Shown here: one piece after another, positions 19,090 to 34,645 of the stretch
Numbering within the stretch: the first letter of the stretch is position 1
How the letters are laid out: each line of letters opens with the position of its first letter
DNA from: Pseudomonadota bacterium
Lineage (GTDB): Bacteria > Pseudomonadota > Alphaproteobacteria > Rhizobiales > Xanthobacteraceae
Reading direction: 5' to 3'
NCBI GenBank assembly: GCA_046733355.1
Contig: JBKPOZ010000126.1
Span: forward strand, 731-64,730
Length of the DNA stretch: 64,000 nucleotides
The notes under the pieces: generated by a model
Seen by the model: the letters and a program-made list of their open reading frames with translations, nothing else
Databases searched by the model: none
What the model was told of the DNA's origin: nothing
Translations under genes and position numbers: made by a program

Positions 19090-20871
19090 TCAAGGCAGCG
19101 CCTCACCGGCGGCCATGCGTCGGAGCGCGTCAACGTCATGGCGGCTCGAGAATTCAAGAAACGATTCTTCCGGCGAGCCGCGCTCTTTCAAATACGCCCC
19201 GAGCACGTTGCCGACGACGGCAGGCACCTCTCCCGCCTTGATGTCGCGGAGAATCTCGCGCGCGAGTCTTGAGTCTTTGCCAAAGCCGCCGCCGACATGG
19301 AGGTGATAGCCTTCAACGGTTTCGCCCTCCTCAGAGATCGCTACCTTGCAGGCAAGAAGTCCGATGTCGCCGATGTAATGCTGCGCGCAGGAATGGTGAC
19401 AGCCGGTTAGATGGATGTTCACCGGCACATCAAGGGCAACGCGCTCCTCGCACCAGCGCGCGATCTCCTCGGCGTGGCGTTTGGTATCGGAGGCGGCGAA
19501 CTTGCATCCCGCATTACCGGTGCACGCGACGAGCCCGGCGCGGATGGAGTTGGTGCTCGTGCAAAGCCCAAGCGCAGCAATTCTGCTCTGCGCCTCCCCA
19601 ACGGCAGTCTCCGGTACCCCGGAGATGAGGAGATTCTGCCAGACCGTAAGCCGGATATCGCCGTCTCCGAGTTTTCCCGCGATCTCCGCAAGCCCGCGCA
19701 TCTGCGCGACGGTCATGCGGCCCGCCTGCAGCACGACGCCGACCCAATTGAGCCCCGGCTGTTTCTGCGCGTGCACGCCGACATGGGCGTGGCGGTCGAT
19801 CCCTCGCCGCGGCAAAATCGCCTCGACCGGCACGCGATCGAGCTTGCGCCCGAGCTTCTCCTCGACCAGCGCCAGCACCTTGTCGAGGCCCATGCGGTCG
19901 ATCACGTATTTGAGCCGCGCCTTGGTGCGGTCGGTGCGGTCGCCATGGTCGATGTACACGCGCACCACCGCGTCGGCGACCCTGGTGGCGTCTGCGGGCT
20001 TGCATACGACGCCGGTATCGTGCGCGAAGGTCTGGTGCCCGGTGATGCCGCCGAGCATCAGGCGAAACCACACGCCGGGCTCGACGCCGAAGCCGTCTTT
20101 CACTTCGACCACCGCAAAGCCGATGTCGTTCGTCTCCTCGAGCACCGGGATGATGGCGCCGCCGTCGAAGCCGACGTTGAACTTCCGCGGCAGCCCATAG
20201 AGCGAGCGGTCGTTGAGAATGTGGAAGTGCCACTCGCGCGCATACGGGCGCGTGTCGATGAGCTCTTGCGGATCAATCCCGGCAGTAGGAGAGCCCGTGA
20301 CGTTGCGTATATTGTCGGCGCCGGAGCCGCGCGAGCACAGGCCGAGATCCCGCACCGCCTCGACCATTCGCACCGCGTTCTGCGCCTCGATCTCGCGGAT
20401 TTGCAGATTGGCCCGCGTCGTCACATGCGCGTAGCCGCCGCCGTACTTTTCCGCGAGATCCGCCACGCCTGCGAACTGCGAGTGCTTGAGGATGCCGTTG
20501 GGCAGCCGCAGCCGGCACATGTACGAGTTCTGGTTCGGCGCGACGTAAAACAGACCGAAAAAGCGCCAGCGGAAATTGTCGGGCGGCTTCGGATACTCGT
20601 GTTTTGCGCTCTGATCCTTGAGCCGCTCGTAGCCATCAAAGGGATGCAGCTCGCGCTTCCACTTCTCCTGGTCGGCAAGCTTTTTGCCGGCTGCGAGCAC
20701 GCGATCTTGCGCCCGCAAGTGCGGCGCGTCGGGACCGGCGGGCTCAGGAGGAGCGCTCGGCGCTGCTTTATTCGCGCCCGGTTGCGTGCGCGTTCCGGCG
20801 CGCGCGATCTGCAGGCCGGCGGTGAAGCCTTCGAGGTAGCGCTTCTGCTCAGGCGAAAAATCCCCGGACAT
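19090..20871 (-). CDS. nirA: Ferredoxin-type nitrite/sulfite reductase hemoprotein (siroheme, 4Fe-4S), NirA-like
   Basis: A 593-aa ORF with two NIR_SIR repeats and the cluster/siroheme cysteines (TGCHHSCAQHYIGDIGL, VACTGNAGCKFA). It lies downstream of a nitrate/nitrite transporter gene. Confidence 0.9.
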   Translation of the reverse strand: MSGDFSPEQKRYLEGFTAGLQIARAGTRTQPGANKAAPSAPPEPAGPDAPHLRAQDRVLAAGKKLADQEKWKRELHPFDGYERLKDQSAKHEYPKPPDNFRWRFFGLFYVAPNQNSYMCRLRLPNGILKHSQFAGVADLAEKYGGGYAHVTTRANLQIREIEAQNAVRMVEAVRDLGLCSRGSGADNIRNVTGSPTAGIDPQELIDTRPYAREWHFHILNDRSLYGLPRKFNVGFDGGAIIPVLEETNDIGFAVVEVKDGFGVEPGVWFRLMLGGITGHQTFAHDTGVVCKPADATRVADAVVRVYIDHGDRTDRTKARLKYVIDRMGLDKVLALVEEKLGRKLDRVPVEAILPRRGIDRHAHVGVHAQKQPGLNWVGVVLQAGRMTVAQMRGLAEIAGKLGDGDIRLTVWQNLLISGVPETAVGEAQSRIAALGLCTSTNSIRAGLVACTGNAGCKFAASDTKRHAEEIARWCEERVALDVPVNIHLTGCHHSCAQHYIGDIGLLACKVAISEEGETVEGYHLHVGGGFGKDSRLAREILRDIKAGEVPAVVGNVLGAYLKERGSPEESFLEFSSRHDVDALRRMAAGEALP

Positions 20872-20918
20872 CGGAACTCCTCAGGTCGTCATGGCCGGGC
20901 ATGGAGTGACGCCCATCA

Positions 20919-22301
20919 TCAAACGCGTGCCTCGGCGAGACTCGGCGCACGCAATACGAGGAAGCTCTTGCGCAGGTAGTACCACCAGGTGAGCGCAATG
21001 CAGGTCACGTAGAACAGCAGAAAAATTGCAAGCGCGAGGTGCGGCCCGCCGGTCGTCGCAATCGAGGCGCCGAAGCCGCGCGGAATGAGATATCCGCCGC
21101 AGGCGCCGACCGCGCCGATGAAGCCCAGCGCGGCGGCGGCCTCAATGCTCGCAGCCTTGAGAGCGCGCGCGCGTCCGAGCTCGTCCTCCCTATTTGCTTC
21201 GCGCAGGCGCTCTTCGCGGAAGATCGCCGGGATCATCCGATAGGTCGAGCCGTTTCCGATGCCCGTGGTGACAAACAGGGTGAGGAACATCGCGAGAAAG
21301 CCGCCGAAGTTTTTGACGTCCACGAAATAGATGACGCCGATCGTGGCAGCCGCCATGGCAATGAAATTCCAGAAGGTCACGTTGGCGCCGCCGATCTTGT
21401 CGGAAAGCCAGCCGCCGAGCGGACGCGAGAGGGAGCCGACGAGCGGGCCCAGAAAGGCAATGCCGACGGTAACCGCCGGAAACTGCGTCTTGAGCAGCAG
21501 CGGAAACGCCGCGGAATAGCCGATGAAGGAGCCGAAGGTGCCGATATAAATGTAGGACATCACCCAGTTATGCTTGCGCCGGAGGATGATGAGCTGGTCC
21601 TTCAGGCTCGATTTCGCCGACGTGAGATTGTTCATGAACACATACGCGCCGATCACCGCCACGGTGAGCGGCATCATCCACATCAGACCTGCGTTCTGCA
21701 GGTAGAGGCCTTCCGCCACCGGCGTAGCGTAATAAAGATTGACCCAGCCGGCTCCGAGCAGGATGGGCGTCAACAGCTGGACCCCGCTCACGCCGATATT
21801 GCCGCCGGCGGCATTGAGCCCAAGCGCCCAGCCCTTCATGCGGCTCGGATAAAAGAAGGAGATGTTCGCCATGCTGGAGGCGAAATTGCCGCCGCCAAGG
21901 CCGGCGCTCGCCGCGACGCACAGCATCAGCCAGAACGGGGTGTCCGGCTGCGTGACGAAATAGGCGAGTGCGATCGTCGGGATGAACAGCGCTGCGGCGG
22001 AAAAAATCGTCCAGTTGCGGCCGCCGAACGTGGTCACCGCGAATGTGTAGGGGAAACGCATGAGCGAGCCGATGAGGCCAGGCAATGCGACGAGCTGAAA
22101 GAGCTGCTCGGTACTGTAGGGAAAGCCGGCCTGCGGCAATTTGGTTGCGACGATGCTCCAGATGAGCCAGATCGAAAAGCCGAGATGCTCGGCAAAGATC
22201 GACCAGATCAGATTGCGCCGCGCGATCGTTTTGCCTTTGGATTCCCAAAAACTCTCGTCCTCCGGGTTCCAGTCGGAAATCCAGGTTGGGTCCCTGCTCA
22301 T
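20919..22301 (-). CDS. narK: MFS nitrate/nitrite transporter (NNP family, NarK/NrtP-like)
   Basis: ORF 20919..22499, with the start placed at MSRDPTWISDWNPEDESFWESKGKTIARRNL. About 460 aa and 12-TM-like, with Gly-rich NNP motifs (GLGGGNFASSM, GIGNGSTYRMIP). Confidence 0.88.
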   Translation of the reverse strand: MSRDPTWISDWNPEDESFWESKGKTIARRNLIWSIFAEHLGFSIWLIWSIVATKLPQAGFPYSTEQLFQLVALPGLIGSLMRFPYTFAVTTFGGRNWTIFSAAALFIPTIALAYFVTQPDTPFWLMLCVAASAGLGGGNFASSMANISFFYPSRMKGWALGLNAAGGNIGVSGVQLLTPILLGAGWVNLYYATPVAEGLYLQNAGLMWMMPLTVAVIGAYVFMNNLTSAKSSLKDQLIILRRKHNWVMSYIYIGTFGSFIGYSAAFPLLLKTQFPAVTVGIAFLGPLVGSLSRPLGGWLSDKIGGANVTFWNFIAMAAATIGVIYFVDVKNFGGFLAMFLTLFVTTGIGNGSTYRMIPAIFREERLREANREDELGRARALKAASIEAAAALGFIGAVGACGGYLIPRGFGASIATTGGPHLALAIFLLFYVTCIALTWWYYLRKSFLVLRAPSLAEARV

Positions 22302-22365
22302 TGCGTCTTGATTCCTTCGGTTCACGTCATGGGGTGCGCCGCTCGCGCGAGCGTGGCTTCCGCTT

Positions 22366-22383
22366 CGCAAGGCACGTGCCAAG
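22366..22383 (-). promoter_or_regulatory. Sigma-54 (RpoN) -24/-12 promoter upstream of narK
   Basis: The minus strand reads CTTGGCAC-GTGCC-TTGCG, an exact TGGCAC-N5-TTGC. It lies about 65 nt upstream of the narK ATG. Confidence 0.75.
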
Positions 22384-22454
22384 TTATGTTGCTGAAAAAA
22401 TGAGCGATTTCGCCGAAATGGGCCTATAAAGCTGCGTGTCGAGCGGGCAGCGCA

Positions 22455-22469
22455 GCGCAAAATTTGCGC
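22455..22469. promoter_or_regulatory. Palindrome GCGCAAA-A-TTTGCGC, a candidate enhancer (bEBP, for example NtrC-type) site
   Basis: Perfect 7-bp arms, 75-90 bp upstream of the sigma-54 -24 element. Confidence 0.35.
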
Positions 22470-22515
22470 GCTGCACAATGAATAGGCGAGATGAATCAAA
22501 AATGAGCGGGATCGT

Positions 22516-22582
22516 GTAGCGGATGAACGTCAGCGATATCCGGGAAGGATGATTCCGAATGTCGCTGCGCTCATGCGGGGGT
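22516..22582. repeat. REP-like element, family B copy 2
   Basis: GTAGCGGATGAACGTCAGCGATATCCGGG...GAATGTCGCTGCGCTCATGCGGGG, related to 5400-5478. Confidence 0.75.
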
Positions 22583-22612
22583 TTCGCGCTTTCCGCAGCG
22601 CGAATGGGTGGA

Positions 22613-24526
22613 CTACTGCACCGTCGCGGCGGTTCGCTCGTGATCGTAGGCGGTCGATGCAGGCCGGGTATCGGCGTCGTGTGGCAGCGCGAACAGCTTT
22701 TGCAGCACCTGCCGCTGCACCGGCTTCTTGACGAGGGGAATGCGCGCGAAGCGGGACTCGATGCTTTCCACCCCATAGCCTGTGACGAAGACGAAGGGGA
22801 TGTTCCGCGCCACCAGCACATCGGCAACGGGATAGACGAACTCGCCGCCGAGATTGACGTCGATGATGCCGGCATCGACGTCCTCGTGCACGGCTGTCAC
22901 CATTGCATCCTGCAGCCGGCTGAACGGGCCCAACACTTCGAATCCGAGATCGGTCATGATGTCGCGCATCATCATGGCGACCAGTATCTCATCCTCAACC
23001 AGCAGGACACGATTGCCGGTCTGCATGCGTATGGGCAAAGGCGGCCGCTCATCTGCAGGCACACGCTGGCTAGCGGCGTGCCGCGCCAGGGGCTCGATGC
23101 GATCGCGCCGCGGCACTGTGAGGCTGCACTGCAGTCCTTCCGGCCGCCAGTCGAACCGCGCCTCGCCCTCGAGCTGGCGCTCGATGCTCGCGCCGATCAC
23201 GCGGATGCCGAAGCCGGGCGAGGACGGCGGCTCAACCTGCGGCCCGCCGCTTTCGCTCCAGTGCAGGATCAGAGTCGCGGGTGCAAGCTCCCAGCGCGCG
23301 CATACGCGTCCGGCCGGCGTCGAGAGCGCACCATACTTCACCGCATTGGTGGCAAGCTCGTGCAAGGCGAGCGCGAGCGTCTGTGCCGTGCGAGGCTCGA
23401 GCGACACACCGGGACCGGTTGCAACGATTTTGTCCGCGTCGCCCATGCGGAACGCGGCGAGCTCCTCCTCGACCAGGCGGCCGAGATCGGCGCCCTGCCA
23501 ACGGCTCTGTGCCAGGAGCGTATGCGCGCGCGAGAGCGCGCCGATGCGGCCGTCTACCGCGCCGATATACGCGCCGATGCTCTCGGCACGCGTGAGCCGC
23601 ACGATGGACTGCACCAGTGCGAGCGCATTGCGCGCGCGGTGGTCGACCTCGCGCGCGAGCAGCGCTTGGTGCTCCTCGGCTTCCTTGCGCTCGGTGATGT
23701 CGATGGTGACCCCGCTCACCCGCACGATGTGATCGGTGGCATCGATGCTCGCGACTGCCGTACCGATGCACCAGCGCAGCTCTCCGCTCGGCCGGCAGAC
23801 GCGGAATTCGGTCTGTGAAGCCTGGCCGTGGGGCGTGGAAGGGTTGATGGCGCTTTGCACGTTCTTCCAATCGTCGGGATGGATGAGCTTGCGTATGTTC
23901 TCGACGGTGAGCTCGAAATTGTCGGGCTCGACGCCGAAGATGCGATACTGTCCGTCGTCCCACATAAACCGGCCGTTCACCGGGTCCCATTCCCACGAGC
24001 CCATCTGTCCCGCAGCGAGCGCAAGACTGCGCCGCTGCTCGCTTTGCAGAAGCCGCGCGCTCGAAGCCTCGAGCTCCGCCGTGCGCTCGGCAACGCGCTG
24101 CTCGAGCTCCCGGGCGAGCTCTTCGAGCTGGCGGGTCTTGCGATAGAGCTCGGCGAATATGCGCACCTTGGCGCGCAGCACTTCCGGCGTTACCGGCACG
24201 GAAACGTAGTCGACCGCGCCCATGTCGAACGCACGCATCTGGTCGACATCGGTCAGATGGATCGCGGAGACGAAGATGATCGCAGTCTTCTGGAAGCGCG
24301 GATGCTCGCGGATCATGGCCGCGAGCTGGAAGCCATCAAGCTCCGGCATGCACACGTCGACGAGGATGACGGCGATCTCCTGCCTGAGCAGTTGCTCGAG
24401 CGCCTCGCGCGCGGAAACCGCCTTGATCAGGTTCTCGCCTAGCTCGCTGAGGATGGTCTCGTAGCCCAGGAGCTTCGCGGACTGGTCGTCCACCAGCAGA
24501 ATGTTGACTTTGCCGTCCGTGTTCAT
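22613..24526 (-). CDS. Response regulator receiver - PAS - HWE/HisKA_2 histidine kinase - receiver
   Basis: A 637-aa ORF. It has an N-terminal REC (ILLVDD...VDVCMPELDG...K), a PAS domain (WEWDPVNGRFMWDD), an H-box (REVDHRARNALALVQSI), HWE-type ATPase motifs (ELATNAVKYGAL, GFG) and a C-terminal REC. Confidence 0.9.
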   Translation of the reverse strand: MNTDGKVNILLVDDQSAKLLGYETILSELGENLIKAVSAREALEQLLRQEIAVILVDVCMPELDGFQLAAMIREHPRFQKTAIIFVSAIHLTDVDQMRAFDMGAVDYVSVPVTPEVLRAKVRIFAELYRKTRQLEELARELEQRVAERTAELEASSARLLQSEQRRSLALAAGQMGSWEWDPVNGRFMWDDGQYRIFGVEPDNFELTVENIRKLIHPDDWKNVQSAINPSTPHGQASQTEFRVCRPSGELRWCIGTAVASIDATDHIVRVSGVTIDITERKEAEEHQALLAREVDHRARNALALVQSIVRLTRAESIGAYIGAVDGRIGALSRAHTLLAQSRWQGADLGRLVEEELAAFRMGDADKIVATGPGVSLEPRTAQTLALALHELATNAVKYGALSTPAGRVCARWELAPATLILHWSESGGPQVEPPSSPGFGIRVIGASIERQLEGEARFDWRPEGLQCSLTVPRRDRIEPLARHAASQRVPADERPPLPIRMQTGNRVLLVEDEILVAMMMRDIMTDLGFEVLGPFSRLQDAMVTAVHEDVDAGIIDVNLGGEFVYPVADVLVARNIPFVFVTGYGVESIESRFARIPLVKKPVQRQVLQKLFALPHDADTRPASTAYDHERTAATVQ

Positions 24527-24576
24527 CCTCTCGTCTCCGCCGATACGCAGGCGATTACAAATTCACGGGCTCACGC

Positions 24577-30888
<6,312 letters not shown>

Positions 30889-31296
30889 CGTGTTCTCCTG
30901 AAAGAAAGGGTGCTCCTGAGCCCGGCAGGCGGGCTCCACGGATTCAGTGAGGCGCGATCTGCTCCTGCGCAGCTCGCGAACAGCAATTTCCGGGGGATGC
31001 GGATGCGCGGCAGGTACAGCGGCGAGCGGACACCGCGTTCGCTGGTCTGATTCTGATAATGGAAAACTTGCCCGGCTTGATCCGGCCCATTAGCCCAACC
31101 CCTGCGCTGCCCATACCACCACCCAACGCGCGAAACGCGCAAATCGACTGGTGGTTCCTCCCAACCAAGAAATATTTTTATTGCGGGTGCCTGGCTAAAA
31201 GTGCAACCGGGTCACTTCGGGTAAACGACTGATTTTGCTTGGTTTGTTTATGCCTGATTTGAGGCCAGATCAGGGCAGGCGCAGCCCACATCAACA

Positions 31297-31848
31297 TCAG
31301 GGGTCGAGCTCTGTGTCCCAGTACAGATAATCGAGCCAGCTTTCGTGCAGATAATTGGGCGGAAACAGCCGGCCGTTGCGGTGCAGGTGATGCACACTGG
31401 GCTGGAAGGGCATTTGCGAGGGCCACATGCGCGCCTCCTCAGACGTCATGTTGCCCTTCTTGAGATTGCAGCCGGAGCAGGCGGCGATCACGTTGATCCA
31501 GGTGGTGCGCCCACCACGGGAGCGCGGCAGCAGATGGTCGAAGGTGAGGTCCTCGCGCGAGCCGCAATACTGACAGGAGAATTTGTCGCGCAGGAAAACG
31601 TTAAAACGCGTAAACGCCGGCTGCGTCGCCGGCTTCACGAAGGTCTTGAGCGACACCACGCTCGGCAGCTTCATTTCCGTGCTTGGGCTGCGCACGGCGC
31701 GCTCATATTCGGCAACAATGTTTACGCGCTCGAGGAATACCGCCTTGATGGCGTCCTGCCATGACCACAGCGACAGCGGGTAGTAGCTGAGCGGCCGGAA
31801 ATCCGCGTTGAGAACGAGCGCCGGAAAGCCGCTCGGCGACACGTGCAC
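31297..31848 (-). CDS. HNH endonuclease family protein (start uncertain)
   Basis: ALVLNADFRPLSYYPLSLWSWQDAIKAV...CQYCGSREDLTFDHLLPRSRGGRTTWINVIAACSGCNLKKG carries the HNH motif. The first in-frame ATG (32031) would overlap the neighbouring gene, so a GTG near 31848 is assumed. Confidence 0.8.
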   Translation of the reverse strand: MHVSPSGFPALVLNADFRPLSYYPLSLWSWQDAIKAVFLERVNIVAEYERAVRSPSTEMKLPSVVSLKTFVKPATQPAFTRFNVFLRDKFSCQYCGSREDLTFDHLLPRSRGGRTTWINVIAACSGCNLKKGNMTSEEARMWPSQMPFQPSVHHLHRNGRLFPPNYLHESWLDYLYWDTELDP

Positions 31849-31960
31849 GTTCAAGGCTGCGCGTTCCTTTCTCTTGCAATGCAGCAACCCGTCTATAGGG
31901 CAGGGCCGTCGGATTGTGAAGCCCGCTCCGGGGCTTATGCGGTAAGACGGAACCTGCTCG

Positions 31961-32635
31961 CTAATGGCTGGCGCCGAGCCGACGGGCGAGAAATTCGCCG
32001 CCGTGTCGCAGGCCTTCCGGATCGATGCCATGACCGACGCCGTGGGACAGGTGCCACTCGACCGGGATGCCCAATGAGGCGAGACCGCTTGCCGCCTGAA
32101 ACAGAGCTTGCATCGGGATGAGATCGTCCGCTTCGCCGTGCACGAGCAGGATCGGCGGACGCGACTTTATCTCGCCTGCGAATCTTTCCGGATTTGCGTC
32201 GGGCGGCACCACCAGCAGTCCGGAATAGCCGACGATGGCGAACGGGGCCGTGGCGCGGCGGAGGCCCGCATGCAGCGCCATCATGGTGCCCTGGCTGAAA
32301 CCGACGAGCGCGAGCGCCGAGGCGGGCAGCCCTCTGCGCTGGAGCTCGGCTTCGAGGAAGCGCTCGAGCGCGGGCGTGGCCTCGTTGCAACCGACCCAAC
32401 GTTCGTTGGGATCGCGAAACGTAAGCGCAAACCACTGCCGGCCCACGGGCGCTCCCCCGCACGGTTGCGGCGCGTGCGGGGAGACGAACGCGGCGTGCGG
32501 AAGGAGCGTTTGCCAAGCGCGCCCGAGCTCGATGAGGTCGTTTCCGTCGGCGCCATAACCGTGCAGGAACACGACGAGAGCGCGCGCGCTGCCGGACCGC
32601 GGCTCGAGCCGCGGCCCGTCGAGCTCAGCGACCAT
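31961..32635 (-). CDS. Phospholipase/carboxylesterase family alpha/beta hydrolase
   Basis: ALVVFLHGYGADGNDL, the nucleophile elbow GFSQGTMMAL and LLVHGEADDLIP. The start is at MVAELDGP (alternative ATG at 32668). Confidence 0.85.
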   Translation of the reverse strand: MVAELDGPRLEPRSGSARALVVFLHGYGADGNDLIELGRAWQTLLPHAAFVSPHAPQPCGGAPVGRQWFALTFRDPNERWVGCNEATPALERFLEAELQRRGLPASALALVGFSQGTMMALHAGLRRATAPFAIVGYSGLLVVPPDANPERFAGEIKSRPPILLVHGEADDLIPMQALFQAASGLASLGIPVEWHLSHGVGHGIDPEGLRHGGEFLARRLGASH

Positions 32636-33299
32636 TCTTCGCTCCGGACGCTTGAACGGGAATCGCATCGCGTTTTTTCACTGCCCGGTAATAATTCCAC
32701 AACACGTGCGCGGCGACGCCGCGCCACGGCCGCCAGCGCTCGGCGAGCTTTATCATTTCCGTATGCGCCGGGCGCTGGCGCAGGTCAAAGGCGAGACGCG
32801 CCGCCTCCTGAAGGGCGAGGTCGCCCGCAGGCCACGCATCGGCATGGCCCAAGCAGAACAGCAAATAAATGTCGGCTGTCCATGGGCCTATGCCGTGCAA
32901 GGCAATGAGCGCGGCATGCGCCGCATCCGCCTGCATATGCGCAAGCGCGTCGATGTCGATCTCGCGTCTGCGCAGCGCCTTGCTGATTGCCTTGAGCGTC
33001 CTGATTTTCGGACGCGAGAGCCCGATGCGGGCGAGCTTGTCGGCGCGCGCGTATCGCAGCGCCTCGGGGTCGAGCGGGTCGAAGGCAGCGGTGAGGCGTC
33101 CCCAGATTGCTCCCGCGCTTGCGGTCGAGAGCTGCTGCGCGCAAACAATCGCGCACAGCCCGGGAAAGCCGGCCGGCCGCCGGCGCAGCGTGGGCCGGCC
33201 GGCAAGCTCAATCAGCTCGCGCAGGCGCGGGTCTGCCTGGGTTACGCTTGCAAGCCCGAGGTCGAAATCGCTCTCGTCGTGGAGAAAGCGAGGCGTCAT
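32625..33299 (-). CDS. DNA-3-methyladenine glycosylase II family (HhH-GPD, AlkA-like)
   Basis: A 224-aa ORF with an HhH-GPD-type core (LHGIGPWTADIYLLFCLGHADAWPAGDLAL). It has an ATGA overlap with the upstream gene's stop. Confidence 0.82.
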   Translation of the reverse strand: MTPRFLHDESDFDLGLASVTQADPRLRELIELAGRPTLRRRPAGFPGLCAIVCAQQLSTASAGAIWGRLTAAFDPLDPEALRYARADKLARIGLSRPKIRTLKAISKALRRREIDIDALAHMQADAAHAALIALHGIGPWTADIYLLFCLGHADAWPAGDLALQEAARLAFDLRQRPAHTEMIKLAERWRPWRGVAAHVLWNYYRAVKKRDAIPVQASGAKNGR

Positions 33300-34192
33300 G
33301 CCCGCTTACACAGGTCAAGAACGGCTTGCGCGAACGCGGCGGGAGCTTCCTGCGGCGGATTATGGCCGACATTCGCCAAAACGCGGCGCTCGTAAGGACC
33401 GGTGAAATAACGATCGTGTTGCTCCGACCCGCGCGGGGGGTTGACATCATCGACCGCGCCATGCAGCGCGATCGTGGGCACAGCGATCTTCGGCAAGGTT
33501 GCGAGGCGCGCTTCAAGTGCTCCATGGCGGGGATCGCCGGCCGCATTCCCCATGCGGTGACGATACGAGTGGATTACCACCTCCACAAAGTCATCGTTGT
33601 CGAAGGACACCGCGCTGCGCCGGTAGGTTTCCTCATCAAATTCCCACGTCGGCGACCAAAGCTTCCACAGGAGGCGCCCGAGATCGTAACGGTTTCGCGC
33701 GAGACCGTTGCGGCCGCGTTCGGTGTGAAAATAATACTGGTACCAGAAGCGCCGCTCCTGCACAGGACTTGCAGGCTCCTTGGCGCGCGCAATGTCCTGG
33801 ATCTGATATCCGGCACAGGTCACGAGCCCACGCACCCGTTGCGGCCACACGGCCGCAACAATGCAGGCCGCGCGCGCACCCCAGTCGAAACCGGCGAGCA
33901 CGGCTTGTGGAATGTTCAGCGCGTCGAGCAGGTCGAGAAGATCCTGGCCGATTGCCGCCTGCTCTCCCGAACGCTGCGTCTCGGGCGAGAGGAACCGGGT
34001 CGGACCGTAGCCGCGAAGGTATGGAACGATGCTGCGCAAACCCGAGCCGCTGAGGATCGCCACCACCTCGTCGAAGGCGCGCACGTCATAGGGGTAGCCG
34101 TGCAGCAAGACGACGGGCGTGCCGTCCGGACGTCGTTCGTGCTCGTAGGCAATCTCCAGCACGGGAGTGCGCACACGTTCCAATCGCGCCAT
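33296..34192 (-). CDS. Alpha/beta hydrolase (epoxide hydrolase/haloalkane dehalogenase-like)
   Basis: A 298-aa ORF with VVLLHGYPYDVRAFDEV, GFDWGARAA and a C-terminal GHNPPQE. Confidence 0.82.
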   Translation of the reverse strand: MARLERVRTPVLEIAYEHERRPDGTPVVLLHGYPYDVRAFDEVVAILSGSGLRSIVPYLRGYGPTRFLSPETQRSGEQAAIGQDLLDLLDALNIPQAVLAGFDWGARAACIVAAVWPQRVRGLVTCAGYQIQDIARAKEPASPVQERRFWYQYYFHTERGRNGLARNRYDLGRLLWKLWSPTWEFDEETYRRSAVSFDNDDFVEVVIHSYRHRMGNAAGDPRHGALEARLATLPKIAVPTIALHGAVDDVNPPRGSEQHDRYFTGPYERRVLANVGHNPPQEAPAAFAQAVLDLCKRA

Positions 34193-34244
34193 AGCTTCTG
34201 CTCGCCGTCATGCGCCTCTTAGTGGCCACTGGCGTGCTTGTCAC

Positions 34245-34310
34245 GGCCGCGGATCGGGCCGCATCCTTCGAAGCTCGCTCGCTTCGCTCGCTCGCGCCTC
34301 AGGATTACGG
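34245..34310. repeat. REP-like element, family C half copy
   Basis: CATCCTTCGAAGCTCGCTCGCTTCGCTCGCTCGCGCCTCAGGAT, the reverse complement of the 10705-10822 arm. Confidence 0.75.
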
Positions 34311-34324
34311 CGTGAGATGCATAT

Positions 34325-34645
34325 CTAATCTTCAAGCGGGAGGGCGAGAACGAGATAGCTCCAGGACTTTCCGTGCGAGTCGAGATTGAGCGAGGTGTTG
34401 ACACCGCCTTCGAGCCCCTCGCGCATCACGAAATTGAGCCCGTGCAGATGCTCGATCTCGTAGCGATCGACAGAGCCGCAAATGAGATGCGGAAAGGCCT
34501 TTTTGATCCGTTCCGGCGTCAGTCTTTCCTTGAGCAGCGGGTAGTCCGCCGGTTCGTATACCCACACGCATACGTTTGACGTATTTCCCTTGTCGCCCGC
34601 GCGAGCATGCGCAATGTCACGCACAACTCGCCGGGCGTCGCTCAT
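34325..34645 (-). CDS. Small protein coupled to the DUF1446 gene (resembles the C-terminal part of full-length AtuA-type proteins)
   Basis: The start is at MSDARRVVRDIAHARAGDKGNTSNV. It has an ATGA overlap with the stop of the upstream DUF1446 gene and encodes 106 aa. Confidence 0.7.
   Translation of the reverse strand: MSDARRVVRDIAHARAGDKGNTSNVCVWVYEPADYPLLKERLTPERIKKAFPHLICGSVDRYEIEHLHGLNFVMREGLEGGVNTSLNLDSHGKSWSYLVLALPLED

Noticed and set aside
19411-22403. Long plus-strand ORFs (19411..20979, 522 aa; 21039..22403, 454 aa).
   Set aside because: They are antisense to nirA and narK respectively. They are Arg/Asp/His-rich with no family motifs, and the sense genes are well supported.
30889-31296. 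The 400-bp gap upstream of the poly-HAMP kinase, with an AT-rich patch at about 31170-31270. It was scanned for a sigma-54 promoter, riboswitch or sRNA.
   Set aside because: There is no TGGCAC-N5-TTGC match (AGGCAC-N5-ATAA only). The only hairpin (CCTGAT...ATCAGG) lacks a U tract, and no recognisable RNA motif is present.
31297-31848. The HNH endonuclease as a possible mobile element or homing endonuclease.
   Set aside because: No flanking repeats, intron/intein context, integrase or transposase are present. The sequence looks like the widely conserved stand-alone alphaproteobacterial HNH protein.
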